Shown: piece by piece, positions 13,147 through 24,490 of the stretch
Position numbering within the stretch: position 1 is the first letter of the stretch
Layout: the number at the start of each line of letters is the position of its first letter
Assembly: GCA_014905635.1 (NCBI GenBank)
Contig: JABVCE010000003.1
Span: forward strand, 62,001-126,000
DNA: 64,000 nt
DNA from: Scenedesmus sp. PABB004
Lineage: Eukaryota
Direction of reading: 5' to 3'
The notes under the pieces: model-generated
Told to the model about the DNA's origin: nothing
What the model saw: the letters and a program-made list of their open reading frames with translations, nothing else
The model's database searches: none
Translations under genes and position numbers: made by a program

Positions 13147-14946
13147 ATGTTGGCCGCCGGCGCTGGCGCAGCGCTGCCGCCGGCGCGGCCGGGCCGCGCG
13201 CAGGTGTTCGTCTACAGGTGCGTGGCCTGGCCGTGCCCGCGGCCCCCCACGACCGCGCGTGCGCGCGCTGGGCGCTGTGCAACAGCGGCAACAGCGCTGG
13301 CGGTTGCGCGGCGCGCCGCCGCGAGCGCTGCTGCGCACCGCAGCGAGCGCCCGGCGCCCTCGCGTCCCGCCGCTTGCCGCAGGGGCGAGGGCGCGGGCTG
13401 GCGGAGCGTGCGCAGCGCGCAGGACGCGCTCAGCCGCCTGCTGCCGCCCTCGTACCAGGCGCGGCGCCCAGGCGCCGCGCAGCGCCGCGCCAGCAGCGCC
13501 CGCCGGCGCAAGCCTGACCCGCCGCCGCCGCCCGCCGCCGCCCTTCAGGTCGGCACGCTGGGCGCCGCTGAGCTGCTCGCGGGCGGCTGGGCGTCGCGCG
13601 CGGCGCTGCTGGTGATGCCTGGCGGCGCGGACCTGCCGTACTGCCGGCACCTCAACGGCCGCGGCAACGCCATCATCAAGGGTGCGCCCCGCACCGCCGC
13701 GCACCGCCGCGCCGCGCGCCGGCCGGCGCCCCCGCGACGCGCGCCGGCCGCCGCACGCGCGCCCGGCGGCGCAGAGTATGTGTCGCGCGGCGGCTCCTAC
13801 CTCGGCCTGTGCGCGGGCGCGTACTATGCAGCGAGTGCGTGTGCGGCGCGCGCCGCGGCCGGGTGCGGCCCCTACAAACAAACCTGGCGCTGCGCGCGCG
13901 CGCCCGCCGCCGCCGCCGCCGCGGCAGGCCGAGTCGAGTTTGAGCCCGCCGGCGCGCTCGCGGTGGTGGGGCGGCGGGAGCTGGGCTTCTTTGCTGGGAT
14001 CGCACGGGGCGCCGCGGTCGGGGGCTTTGATTACCAGACCGAGGCGGGCGCGGCGGCCGCGCCGCTGCGCTTTGCGGTCCCGCCCGCGCTCGCGGCGGGC
14101 CTGCCGGAGCAGCGGCTGGGCCCCGCGAGCGCGCGGTGGGTGTGCGTGCGCGACTACTGCAACGGCGGGCCCTTCTTCCTCGCGCCCGGCGGCGGGCTCG
14201 ACCTGGGCGGCCTGCCGGGCGTGACGGTGCTGGCGCGCTACAAGGACCTGGGCGACCGCCCCGCGGAGCTGGCGCGGCAGGCGGAGCAGCACGCGCAGCG
14301 GGAGCAGGAGCGGGAGCAGCAGCAGCCGGGGCAGCAGGAGCAGCAGCAGGCGCCGCGACACGCGGAACGGCGTCGGGCCAGCAGCAGGCCAGTGCCGCCG
14401 GGCGAGGCGCTGGAGCCGGCGGCAGCGGTGCGCTGCGAGGTCGGCGCCGGCGTGGCAGTGCTGTGCGGCAGCCACCCAGAGCTGGAGCCGGGCTGGTTGG
14501 ACGCCTGCGGCCGCGCGCGCGAGGGACCGCGCGCGGAGGCGGCGACGGGTGCAGCAGCGGCTGACGCGGGGCCCAGCGAAGGCGAGCGCGCCCTCGCCAG
14601 CGAGCAGCGGCCGAGCAGCGACAGCGCTTGGCGCGCGGGCGCGGTCGCCATTGCCGGCGTGCCTGTGGTGGCGGCAGCGGGGCTGGCGGCTGGCGCGGAG
14701 GCGGCTGCGCGGCAGCAAAGCAGGTCAGCGCCGCTGCGTGCGAGCGGGGGCAGCGGCGGCGGCGAGGGCGGCGGCGAGGGCGGCGGCGAGAGCGAGGGCG
14801 AGCCTGCGCAGAGCATCAGCGCATGCCCTGACGCTGCGCTGGCGGCGCACGCGGAGGCGCTGCGGCGCGCGCTGGCGGCAAACCAGGCGGAGCGCGACCT
14901 GTTTCTGTCGTGTCTGCTGTTCGAGGTGCTGCGGCGGCCGGGCTGA
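13147..14946 (+). CDS. Stand-alone biotin-protein-ligase N-terminal (BPL_N; class I glutamine amidotransferase-like) domain protein
   Basis: VFVY...LLVMPGGADLPYCRHLNGRGNAIIK|EYVSRGGSYLGLCAGAYYA...RVEFE...RELGFFAG...YCNGGPFF...VLARY...AAAVRCEVGAGVAVLCGSHPE. No BPL catalytic domain before the stop. Start codon uncertain. Confidence 0.82.
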   Translation: MLAAGAGAALPPARPGRAQVFVYRCVAWPCPRPPTTARARAGRCATAATALAVARRAAASAAAHRSERPAPSRPAACRRGEGAGWRSVRSAQDALSRLLPPSYQARRPGAAQRRASSARRRKPDPPPPPAAALQVGTLGAAELLAGGWASRAALLVMPGGADLPYCRHLNGRGNAIIKGAPRTAAHRRAARRPAPPRRAPAAARAPGGAEYVSRGGSYLGLCAGAYYAASACAARAAAGCGPYKQTWRCARAPAAAAAAAGRVEFEPAGALAVVGRRELGFFAGIARGAAVGGFDYQTEAGAAAAPLRFAVPPALAAGLPEQRLGPASARWVCVRDYCNGGPFFLAPGGGLDLGGLPGVTVLARYKDLGDRPAELARQAEQHAQREQEREQQQPGQQEQQQAPRHAERRRASSRPVPPGEALEPAAAVRCEVGAGVAVLCGSHPELEPGWLDACGRAREGPRAEAATGAAAADAGPSEGERALASEQRPSSDSAWRAGAVAIAGVPVVAAAGLAAGAEAAARQQSRSAPLRASGGSGGGEGGGEGGGESEGEPAQSISACPDAALAAHAEALRRALAANQAERDLFLSCLLFEVLRRPG

Positions 14947-15407
14947 GCACCGAGGCAACGGCGGCGCCGACGTGCGAGCGAGCGACGCCAACCAACGTTT
15001 ACACGCGGGGGCGAGCGCTTGAAGGTCAAGTTCGCAGCATCAGCAAAAGCCGCACCAGATCTTGATGCATTTGCACCCTCTCGCGATCCGTGCAGACCCG
15101 CGCTCGGTCATCAACACGCAGACACACGCCACACCCGAGGCGGAGCGCTCGCGTGAAGCGCCGCTCGTCTGCGAGCGGCTGCACGCCCCCGACCACGCGC
15201 GCGCATGCAGCCGCGGCCCTGATCCAGCCCAGAGCGGGGCACGCGCCGCCGCCGACAGCGATCTCAGCGGCGGGGCAATTCGAGGGCGCGGCCAATGCAG
15301 CTCTCGGACCCCACAGCACTCGAGCACTCGCGCCAGCAGCTGCTGGAGCGCGTCCAGGCTCCTTCCCCGCTCTCTCGGCGCGCGCAGGGACCGCGGCAGC
15401 GCCCGAC

Positions 15408-17830
15408 TCACGATGCCGCCGGCACGGCGGCGCGCGCGCACGCGTCGTCGCGCGCGCCGCGCGCCTGCACGCTGGGAACGACCTCCACGCTGTCCAGGAC
15501 CTCGCCGTCCTCGCTGCCCACAAACTCGGCCAGCAGGCTGTCGCCGCCGGCGCGCGCGGTGAGGCGGAGGAAGCCCCACTGCTGCACGCTCGCCGCGAGC
15601 CACGCCTCCTGGCCGCGCTCCACGTCGCTGAGCTTGCGGCCGGCGCTGCCGACGACAAAGTGCACGATGCCGTGCCCCGAGCCGCCGCCCCCGCGCCCCC
15701 GCGCGTCGCCGCGCGCGCGCCCGTACTCGTCATACTCGTCGCCGCTGTCGGCCGTGCACTCCTCGCCCGCGACGGCGCAGGTGCGGTAGTAGGAGTGCAC
15801 ATGCCCCGAGATGGTCAGGTCGACCGCGGCGGCGGTCAGCAGCGGCTCGAGGCTTGCGCGCAGGTGGTCGGCCACGTCGCGGTTGGACTTGTGCGGGTAC
15901 ACCACGTACAGCGGGCGGTGCAGGCCCACCACCACCCACGGCGTCGCGCACCTGCGCACCGCGCGCGCGGCGCGCTCGGCGCCGCGCGCAGCGCCGCCGC
16001 CGCCCCCGCCGCCGCGGCCCGCGCGGGCGCCCAGCGCGCGGGCGCCGCGGCGGGGCATTGCCGCGCCGCACCTGTCCACCGCGGCGAGCTCGGCCTCGAG
16101 CCAGCCGTACTGCACGCTGCCGGGCTCGAGCGAGTGCTCCGTGCTCAGCACCACAAAGCGCGCGGGGCCTTGTGCAAAGGAGTACCAGAACGGCGCGTTG
16201 GCGCGCGGCCCGCCCGGCACGCGGGGCGCCGGGTTGGGCATGTGGAAGCGCCGCGCGAGCATCGCGCCGCACTCGCCGTGCGAGTCGTCGCCAAAGTTGC
16301 CCCAGGGCTTGGGCTGGTACGGCCGCGACGCCCCGCTGGGGTCGATCGACGCGCCGGGCGGCGGGCGGCTGTAGCCGTACTCGTGGCTGCGCGGGGCGCG
16401 CGTCGGCGCGCGTCGGCGCGTGTCGGCGTGCGGCGCAGCGGGCGCGCGGCACACGGCGGCGGCACGCGGCTCACTTGCCGACCGCGACCATCCAGGGCAG
16501 GCGCGCGGCGAGGGGGCTGACGTCATCCATGAAGCTGTCCCACAGCTCCGGCGCGCCGTTGGCGTAGGCGATATCGCCGAGGTGCAGCACCAGCGACGGA
16601 GGCGACGCGGGCCCGCTCAGCTCCTGCTTCAGCCGCAGCAGCGTCGCCGACGCGCTGCGCGCGGCACGGCGCCGGCGGCGGCGGGGGGCGGGGGGCGCTC
16701 CACATGAGCGGGGCGGCCGCCACCGCGCCGCTGGGACGCGCGAGCGCGAGCGAGAGCCGCGCGCGGGGCGCGTGCGCACCCTGGCGACTTTGCTTCCACG
16801 TGGCGCGCGTCGCCCATGTCCCCAAACGCGACGAACCGCAGCCCCGCGAGCCGCGACGGCGGTGCGCCCGAGGTGAAGCGCAGCGGCGCCTCGCTGCCGG
16901 CGACCTGGTAGAGGTAGTCGGTGCTGCCGACCTGTGGGGCAGCGGCGGGGAGGGGGGCCGCGTCGGCGCGGCGCTGCGCGGCGGGTGCGCCGGCGCCGGC
17001 GGGCGCGGGCACGCGCGCGGTCGGGCGGGCGGGGCTCACCAGGTTTGAGAGCTTGACGCGGTGCAGGTTGAGCATGAAGGCGTTGGCCGCGGCGGGGCCG
17101 GAGCACATGTCGCGCTCCTGCGCGGCGCACGCGGCGCGGCGCGGCGCGGGGCGTCGGCGCCGGCGGCGCGCGCTGGCGGGCGCTGCCGGCGCCGGCGGCG
17201 CAGGCCGGCCGCGCCGCGTCGCTCGGCTGCGCACCGAGAGCAGGAACGAGTAGCCGACGGCGTTCATGACGCCCGGGTCGCCCCTGCGCAGCACGCCCGT
17301 GCCGCCGCCGCCTGCGCTTGCCTGCCTGAACATCAGCTCCGACGGGCAGCTGCGGCGGGCGCGGCGGGCGCCTTGATGCCACGCCGCGCGCGCGCGGCGC
17401 AGCCTGGCGCCGCGCAGCCGACTGCCGCGCGCGCCGCGCTCACTTGGCCGCCGCGGTCTTCCAGCTCACGTGCATCTCGCTGGCGTCGCGCCCAAACGCC
17501 AGGTGGACCTGCGACCCGCGCGTCGGTGGCGGCGGCATCGCGGCCGCCGCCGCGCGCGCCGCCGCGCTCGGGCATATGCCCATCAGTTTGTCGTTCCACC
17601 GCTCGTCGCTGGCCTCGGAGCAGCGTAGCAGCATGCGGCACGCCCTGGGCACGCCCGCGCCGCACCTGGGTGGGCGTGCAGCCCGGCGCGAGCTGCGCCA
17701 TGCTTGGCGCACCCTGCCCCCGCTCGGCGGTGCTTAGACTCTCACGCGCGCTGGCCCAGGCGGCATCAGCGCTGCTGCAAGCGACCGCCCAGAGCGCCAG
17801 CACGCCCGCCAGCGCGCCGCCGAGCCGCAT
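15408..17830 (-). CDS. Secreted purple acid phosphatase / calcineurin-like metallophosphoesterase (multi-exon)
   Basis: Signal peptide MRLGGALAGVLALWAVACSSA. PAP N-domain QVHLAFGRDASEMHVSW. Metal-ligand blocks GDMG, GDIAY, GN|HE (split by intron), VGLHRPLY, GHVHSY. Confidence 0.93.
17572..17579. promoter_or_regulatory. Candidate P1BS element (GNATATNC) in intron 1 of the purple acid phosphatase
   Basis: GCATATGC inside a 12-bp perfect palindrome GGGCATATGCCC (17570-17581). I found no other GNATATNC match in the window by eye. Confidence 0.45.
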
Positions 17831-18095
17831 CGCGCCGGGCGCGCGGCGCTCGCGGCGCCTGGCGTCGTGCGAGGGCGGCGGCAGGCGGGCGCGAGGAGGT
17901 TGTGGGCGGCGACGCTGGGAACGGGTGCGTGAGGACGCGTGGAGCCGCGGCGAGGGCTTTAAATGTGACAAACCGGCGCGCCCCGAGCGCCCCGCAGCTC
18001 CTTTCCTGGCCCCATGCCTTGACACCGTCACGCCGCATCCCGGGGGCCGACGCTGCGCCTCTGCCGCTGCTCCCGCGCGGCGCTGGGGGCTCCCC

Positions 18096-20301
18096 ATGCA
18101 AGAGAGCCCGCGCGCGCCGTCGCCGCCGCAGCTGGCAGCAGCGAGCGCCCAGCATCCCGGCCCGGTCGCACGGCCGCCTTGGGCGCTCAAGGTCTCGGAG
18201 GCCTGGCACAGCATGGCGCAGGCGCTGGGCCTGCGCCGCCTCGCCGAGCTGCTGCAGGTGTGCGCGCGCCGCGGCGGCGCGCGCCCGCCCGCCCGCCCCC
18301 CGCGCCGCCCCTCACGCTGCCCGCTCGCCCCTCGCGCCTCCCAGGGCGGCGGCGGCCTCGGCGACGCGCCGGCGTGGCTTCTGGGCGTGTGGTACGGCGT
18401 TCACGACGGCGACGCGGGCGCGGAGCTGCTCACGCCCGACGTGCACGCGGCGCTGCTGCGCGACTTTGGCGCGCGGCTCTGGTTCACCTACCGCCGCGAC
18501 TTCCCACCGCTGCCGGGTGCGCGGCCGCGCGCAGCGCCGCGCGCCGCCGCCGACGTCGACGCCCAACCGCCGTCGCGCGCCGCGCCGCTGTCCCAACCGC
18601 CGCCACCGCCGCCGCGCACGCCCCACAGGCAGCGGCGGCCTGACCAGCGACGTCGGCTGGGGCTGCACGCTGCGCAGCGGGCAGATGCTTATGGCCGAGG
18701 TGCGCGGCGGCCCGGGTCGGGGGGGGGGGGGGGGGCAGGGAGAGGGGCATGGCGCGGCAGCGGCGACGCGCGCCCGCCGCCCCGCCTGCGCGGCGCCCCG
18801 CAGGCGCTGGCGCGCTGCTGGTGGGGCCGCACGCCGGGCGCGCCGGGCGCGCCGGGCGGCGGCGTGCGCGACGAGGTGGCGCTGCTGCGCCTCTTCCTGG
18901 ACGCGCCCGGCCCGCACGCGCCCCTGTCCCTGCACAACCTCTGTGCCGCCGGCGCGCAGCACGGGTGGGCGCGGCGCGCGGCCCGCGCGCGAGGCCCCAC
19001 GGCCGCGCCGCGCTGCGCTGCGCGCGGGCCCCGCCTGCGGCAGCGCAGCCCGCGCCCCGCCGACCGCGCCGCGCCCGCCGCCTGAACCGCGCGCGGCCAG
19101 GGTGGTGCCGGGGCAGTGGCTGGGGCCCTGGGTGCTCTGCAAGGCGCTGGCAGCTGCAGCAGCAGCGGCCACGCAGCGGCACCGCCTTGGGCTGCGGGTG
19201 GACGTGGCCTGCGACCCCGGCGGCGGCGCGCCGGCGCTGCAGCTGAACAGGTGCGCGAGGCGCTGCCGGCGGCGCTGCCTGACGGGCGCTGCAGCGTCTA
19301 AACGCGCCCGTGCTGCCGCACCCGGCAGGCTCAAGAAGCTGCTGGCGCCGTGCGGGCAGCAGCAAGAGCAGCATTCGCAGCCGGGGGAGCAGCAGCTGCA
19401 ACAACCTGAGCTGCAGCAGCAGCCGGAGCAGCCAGAGCGGCCGCAGGAGCAGCAGCAGTTGGGGGAGCAGCCGCAACAGCGAGACGGCCTGCTGCTGCTC
19501 GTGCCGCTCACGCTGGGCGTGGGCCGGGTGAGCGGCGGCCGGGCCGGCGCAGCCCCGTCAGCAGCGCCTGCACGGCATGCCCGGCCGTGCTGCCGCCGGG
19601 CGCGGCCGCCCCGCGAGCGCGACCCCACCCGCCGGCGCGCAGGTCGACGCGCGCTACCTGCCGCAGCTGGGCGCGGTGCTGACCTTCCCGCAGTCGGTGG
19701 GCATCGTGGGCGGCCGCCCCGGCGCGTCGCTCTACTTTGTGGGCGTGCAGGGCAGCGGCGTGATCTACCTCGACCCCCACGAGCCCCAGGAGGCGCGACG
19801 GCGCCAGCGCCGGCGCGCCGCACGCCGCACGCCGCGCCCGGACCCGCCGCGCGCCGCCGGGTTGGGCGGGCCCGCCCACGCCGCGCGCCGTGCGCCCCGC
19901 GCGCAGGTGGCCGCGCTGCCCGCCGACGTCGGCACGTTCCACTGCTGCGCGCCACGGGTGATGCCGCTGGCGGGCATCGACCCCTCGCTCGCGATCGGCT
20001 TCTTCTGCGCCACGCCGGGTGAGACGCGCCCGCCTGACGGGGGCTGGCTGGCCCCGCCCTCGGCTGGCCCCGCCGTTGACTGACCGCCGCCGACCCCGCG
20101 CCCGCGCGCGCAGGCGAGCTGGACGACCTCGCGGGCCGCCTGACCGCGCTCGCGGCCGGCGCGGGCGGTGCGCCGCTCATGACGCTCGAGGACGACGCGG
20201 CCGGCGGCGGCGCCGCGCCCCCGCCCCGCGCGCCCCGGCGCGCCGAGGTGGCAGAGGCGGGTCCGGGCTCGGCGGCGGGCGAGGATTGGGAGCTGCTCTG
20301 A
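18096..20301 (+). CDS. ATG4: Autophagy cysteine protease ATG4 (peptidase C54)
   Basis: RLWFTYRRDF, LTSDVGWGCTLRSGQMLMAE (catalytic Cys), QSVGIVGGRPGASLYFVG, YLDPH (catalytic Asp/His), IDPSLAIGFFC. C-terminal EDWELL*. Confidence 0.95.
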
Positions 20302-20544
20302 TCGGCGGCGCGGGTTTTGACCGCCGTTGTTGAAACGGCACCCGCTCGTCTCGTGCGCGCCGCCCGCCCGCTTCCCCGCTCTGCCCGGGCTTGCCCGCTT
20401 CGATCTGCAGGCCCCGGCGAGCCTGGCGTGGGCCTGGGGCTCGGGGGCGGGCGCGCGCGAACAGGCTCGAGCCAGCCCCAGCGCGCTCCGGACGCCCCGG
20501 GCGGTGGGCTGCGGCGCCGTGGCGCGTCGATCGGCTTGACCACC

Positions 20545-23500
20545 ATGGCCGCGGCGCAGCTGGCGGCGCAGCTGGCGCTTGCGGGCATCGGCGCCGGGAG
20601 CCTGGCGCGGCGCCCTGGCGTGCGGCGCGGCCTGCGTGGCGGGCGTCGGGGCGCCACGGCAGTCGCCCGGGCCCGCGAGCTCGCTGGGGTGCACGCCGCA
20701 GCGGCGCATGCGCCCACAAGGTGCGGAACAAGGTGCTGTCCGGTCTGTAGCGACCGACAGGGGCCTGAGCAGCGCCCCGACGCGGCCATGCGGTGTGCCT
20801 TGGCACCGTGCCGCGCCGACGCGCGCTCGCCGCCGACCGCGCGCCGCCGCCGCAGGTGCCGGGCGGCCAGGACGACGCCCGACGCCAGCGCCGCAGGTGG
20901 GCTGCGGCGGGCGGCGGCGCCGACGCACGGCGGCAACACGGCTGCCGCACGCACGCACACACGCACGGCGCCCAGCGCGGGGCACCACCCGCGGCCGCGC
21001 GGCGCTCACGGCCCGCCGCCCGGCCCGCCACGCGTCGGGCACGCCGCCGCCACCGCGCGCAGGCCGCGGCGGCGCGGGCCTGGGGCCGGGCGTGATGGTG
21101 AACTACCGCAAGGACGACCAGCACATCCTGGCGCTCATCGAGGGCGAGGGCGGCAAGAAGGGCGGCACCTACTGGGTGCTCGACCAGCGGGGGCGGCGCT
21201 TCGCGCTGCCCGCGCGCTCCGTGTCGCTCGTGCTGCCGGGCGGCGGCTTCGTGCCCGCCGACGTGCCCCGCTTCGAGGCGGCCGCCGCGGCGGCGGACCT
21301 CGACATGCTCGCGATCGCGTGGGCGGTCGCGGCGGAGGCGCCGCGGCCGTACGGCCTCGCCGAGCTCGCGGCCCTGCTGTTTGACGCCAGCGACGGCCTC
21401 TCGGTCTACATCACCTTCTGCATGCTCTGCCACGACGCCATCTACTTCAAGCCGGTGCGCCGCAGCGCCAGCGGCGCGGGGGCCCCCCGCGGCCGTGGCA
21501 GGGGCTGGCGGCCAGGCCTCTGGCTGGCCCCGGGGCCGGCGCGCCTGAGCCGGGCGGGCGCTGCGCCGCCGCGCCGCCGCCGCAGGCGCTCAAGGGCGGC
21601 GTGTGGAGCTTCGAGCCGCGCCCGCCGGAGGCGGTCAAGGCGGGCGAGGCGGCGGCGGCGGCCGAGGCGGCGGCGGCGACGGCGGCGGCGGCGTTTGTGG
21701 CCGACCTGGGCGCCGCCACGCGCGCGGCGGCGCAGGCGCGCCCCGCCAGCGTGGGCGCGGCGCAGGCGGCGTGGATCGCGGGGCCCCACGGCAAGCGTAT
21801 CTCGGCGCTGCTGGTGAGCACTGCGGGGCGGCGCTGGCGGGACGGCGGCCGCGGCAGCGCGCGGCGGCGGGCGCCCGCCGCTGAGCCGCTGCCGCCCGCC
21901 GCGCGCGCGCGTGTCGCGCGCAGGCGTTTGGGCTGAGCCCGGTCGGCAGGTGCTCGGCAGCGTCCGAGGCAGTCGCGCGCGAGGCGCTGGGCCTGCTGCG
22001 CCGGCGGCCCGAGCCGGACGTCGCGGTCACGGTGCTGGTCGAGGCGGGGCTGCTGCGGCTGCACGAGCCCGTGCCCATGCACCGCATCGGCCGCAGCCTG
22101 GAGCAGGAGTTTGACCCGTCGCTGGAGGCCGCCGCGCAGGTGGGCGGCGCCGCGCGGGGCCAATGGCGAACGCGCGCCGCAGTTGCAGCGGCAGTCTGCC
22201 GACACGCAGCCGCGCGCGCGCAGGCGCTGCTCGCGAGCCCGCCGCCCGACCCCGACGCGGGCACCCGGCGCGACCTCACGCACCTGCCCGTCTACACGGT
22301 CGACGACGCCGGCACGACCGAGGTGGACGACGGCCTCAGCGTGGAGCGGCGGCCCGACGGCGCGACGCTGCTCTGGGTGCACGTCGCCGACCCGACGCGC
22401 TGGCTCACGCCAGGTGACGCGCCGCGCCCGCCGCCGCCCGGGGGGCTCCCGGCCTCGCCGGCGCGCTGCCGCGCCGCGCCGCGCCGCCTCACCACGCCAC
22501 GCGACCCCCGCCCCAGGGGACGCGCTCGAGTCGGAGGCGCGGGCGCGTTCGAGGACGCTCTACTGGCCTTTTGGCGCCACGCCGATGTTCCCCCGCGCGC
22601 TCGCGGAGGGCCCGTTCAGCCTCGGCGACGGGCGCTGCTGCGCGCTGAGCGTGTGCGCGACGCTCGCGGACGACGGCAGCCTCGGCGAGCTGGTCGCGCT
22701 CACGCCGAGCACCATCACGGTGCGCCCCGCCGGCCGCCTCACGTACGACGAGGCCGACGCGGACCTGGCGCTCGGGCCGGGCATGTGCGCGCACGAGGAC
22801 CTGCAGCTGCTCTACGCCGCGGCGCGCGCGCGGCGCGCGTGGCGCGTGTCGCGCGGCGCCATCGACATCGACCTCCCCGAGGCCAAGGTCGAGGTGCCGC
22901 CGGGCCAGCTCGACGCGCGCACGCCGCGCGTGACCTGCACCAAGCTCTCGCAGGCGCGGCGGGGGGCGGGGCGGCGCGGGGCCGGGCGGCGCGGGCCCGC
23001 GCCGCCGCCGCGCCCGGCGCGCGCGCGACCCGCCCGCGCTGCCCCCCTCTGCGCGCAGTGGGAGAGCGCGGCGCGCATGCTCGTCGCGGAGATGATGATC
23101 CTGGCGGGCGAGGCGGTGGGCAGCTTCGGCGCGGCCGCGGGCCTGCCGCTGCCCTTCCGCGGCCAGCCCGCGCCGCAGCTGCCGCCGCCCGAGGTGCTCG
23201 ACCGCCTGCCGGAGGGCCCTTGCCGCGGCTTTGCGCTGCGGCGCTGCATGACGCGCAGCAGCGTGGAGCCGGCGCCGGTGCGGCACGCGAGCCTCGCGCT
23301 GGACGCGTACGTGCAGGCGACGTCGCCCATCCGCCGCCACGCCGACATAATGGCCCACTTCAACGTCAAGGTGACCCCACACGCGCGCTGACCAGGCGGG
23401 CGGGCGGGCGGGCAGGCGCTGGGGCAGGCGCGGCGTGACGCGGGGCGGGCGCCCTCACGCGCGCCGCTGGCGCGCCGCCGCCGCCCTGCGCACGCCGCAG

Positions 23501-24242
23501 GCGCACCTGCGCGGCGAGGCGCCGCCGTTCTCCGCGGCCGCCATCGTGGCCATCACCGCCGCCGCCGCCGAGGCGGGACGCGAGGCGGGGCGCGCCGAGG
23601 GCGAGGCGGCCAAGGCGTGGGCGGCCGAGTTTTTGCGCCAGCGCCGCGGGCGGGAGTGGGAGGCGACCGTGCTCGGGTGGCTGCGCGAGGAGCAGCAGCT
23701 CGCTGCCATCACGCTCGACGACCTCGGCCTGGAGTCCATTGTCCGGGTGCGACCGCGGCGCGCGGCGCGTGCCCGCGCCCGACGGCGGGGCCCGGCGGCA
23801 AGCGCCTGCTCTGACGCGCGTGCCGCGCTGCGTCTCTCTCTCTCGATGCGTGCGGCAGGTCGAGTTCCCGGTGTCGCCCGGCGAGCGCGTCGCGGTGCGG
23901 CTGGCGGACGTGGACGTCGCGGCGGCGCAGTTCCGCCTGGTCGTCACGGACCGCCTCGGCGGCGGGCCCGACCACGACGCGGCGCTGGCGGAGCTGGACG
24001 TGGAGCTGGGGCTCGAGCCAGACGCGGACAGCGGGGCGGACGCGGCCGGCGGCGACGGCGAAGCGCCCGAGCCGGCGGACGGCGACAGCGCGGTGCGCTG
24101 GCGCCAGGCCGACGACGGCGCGCGCAGCCCTGGCAGTGGCGTCGGCAGCAGCAGCAGCCTCAGCAGCAGCGGGGACGAGCAGCTTGAACCGGCGCTGCCG
24201 TGCGGCAGCGCCGGCAGTGGGGGCAGCAGCGCCGCCGAATAG
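20545..24242 (+). CDS. Ribonuclease II / RNB-domain exoribonuclease, organelle-targeted
   Basis: RRDLTHLPVYTVDDAGTTEVDDGLS, LWVHVADP, LVAEMMILAGE, HASLALDAYVQATSPIRRHADIMAH. N-terminal transit-like sequence. Confidence 0.92.
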
Positions 24243-24292
24243 GCGGGGCAGCGTCAATTTTTGGTCTCTCTGGCGCGGCGAGTGCTGCGTCG

Positions 24293-24297
24293 TGTAA
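24293..24297 (+). promoter_or_regulatory. Chlorophyte-type polyadenylation signal TGTAA (RNase II gene)
   Basis: TGTAA ~50 nt after the stop. Equivalent correctly oriented TGTAA at 14999-15003(-), 37575-37579(-), 42352-42356(-) and 63301-63305(+). Confidence 0.6.
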
Positions 24298-24490
24298 GAG
24301 TCAGCAGCGCCCTGCGCGGGGCGGTCCGCGCGGCGGCGCAAGGCGTCACTGCGGCGGAAGCGCGCGGCCGCGCCCGCCAGCTCGCTGTCTCTCGCCCTCT
24401 TCACCGGCGTGCGCCCACTTGCCTTCGTCGCGCGGCAGCCGGCACCCTCGGCCCGCAGCAGCAGCAGCAGCAGCAGCAGGCGGCGCAGCC

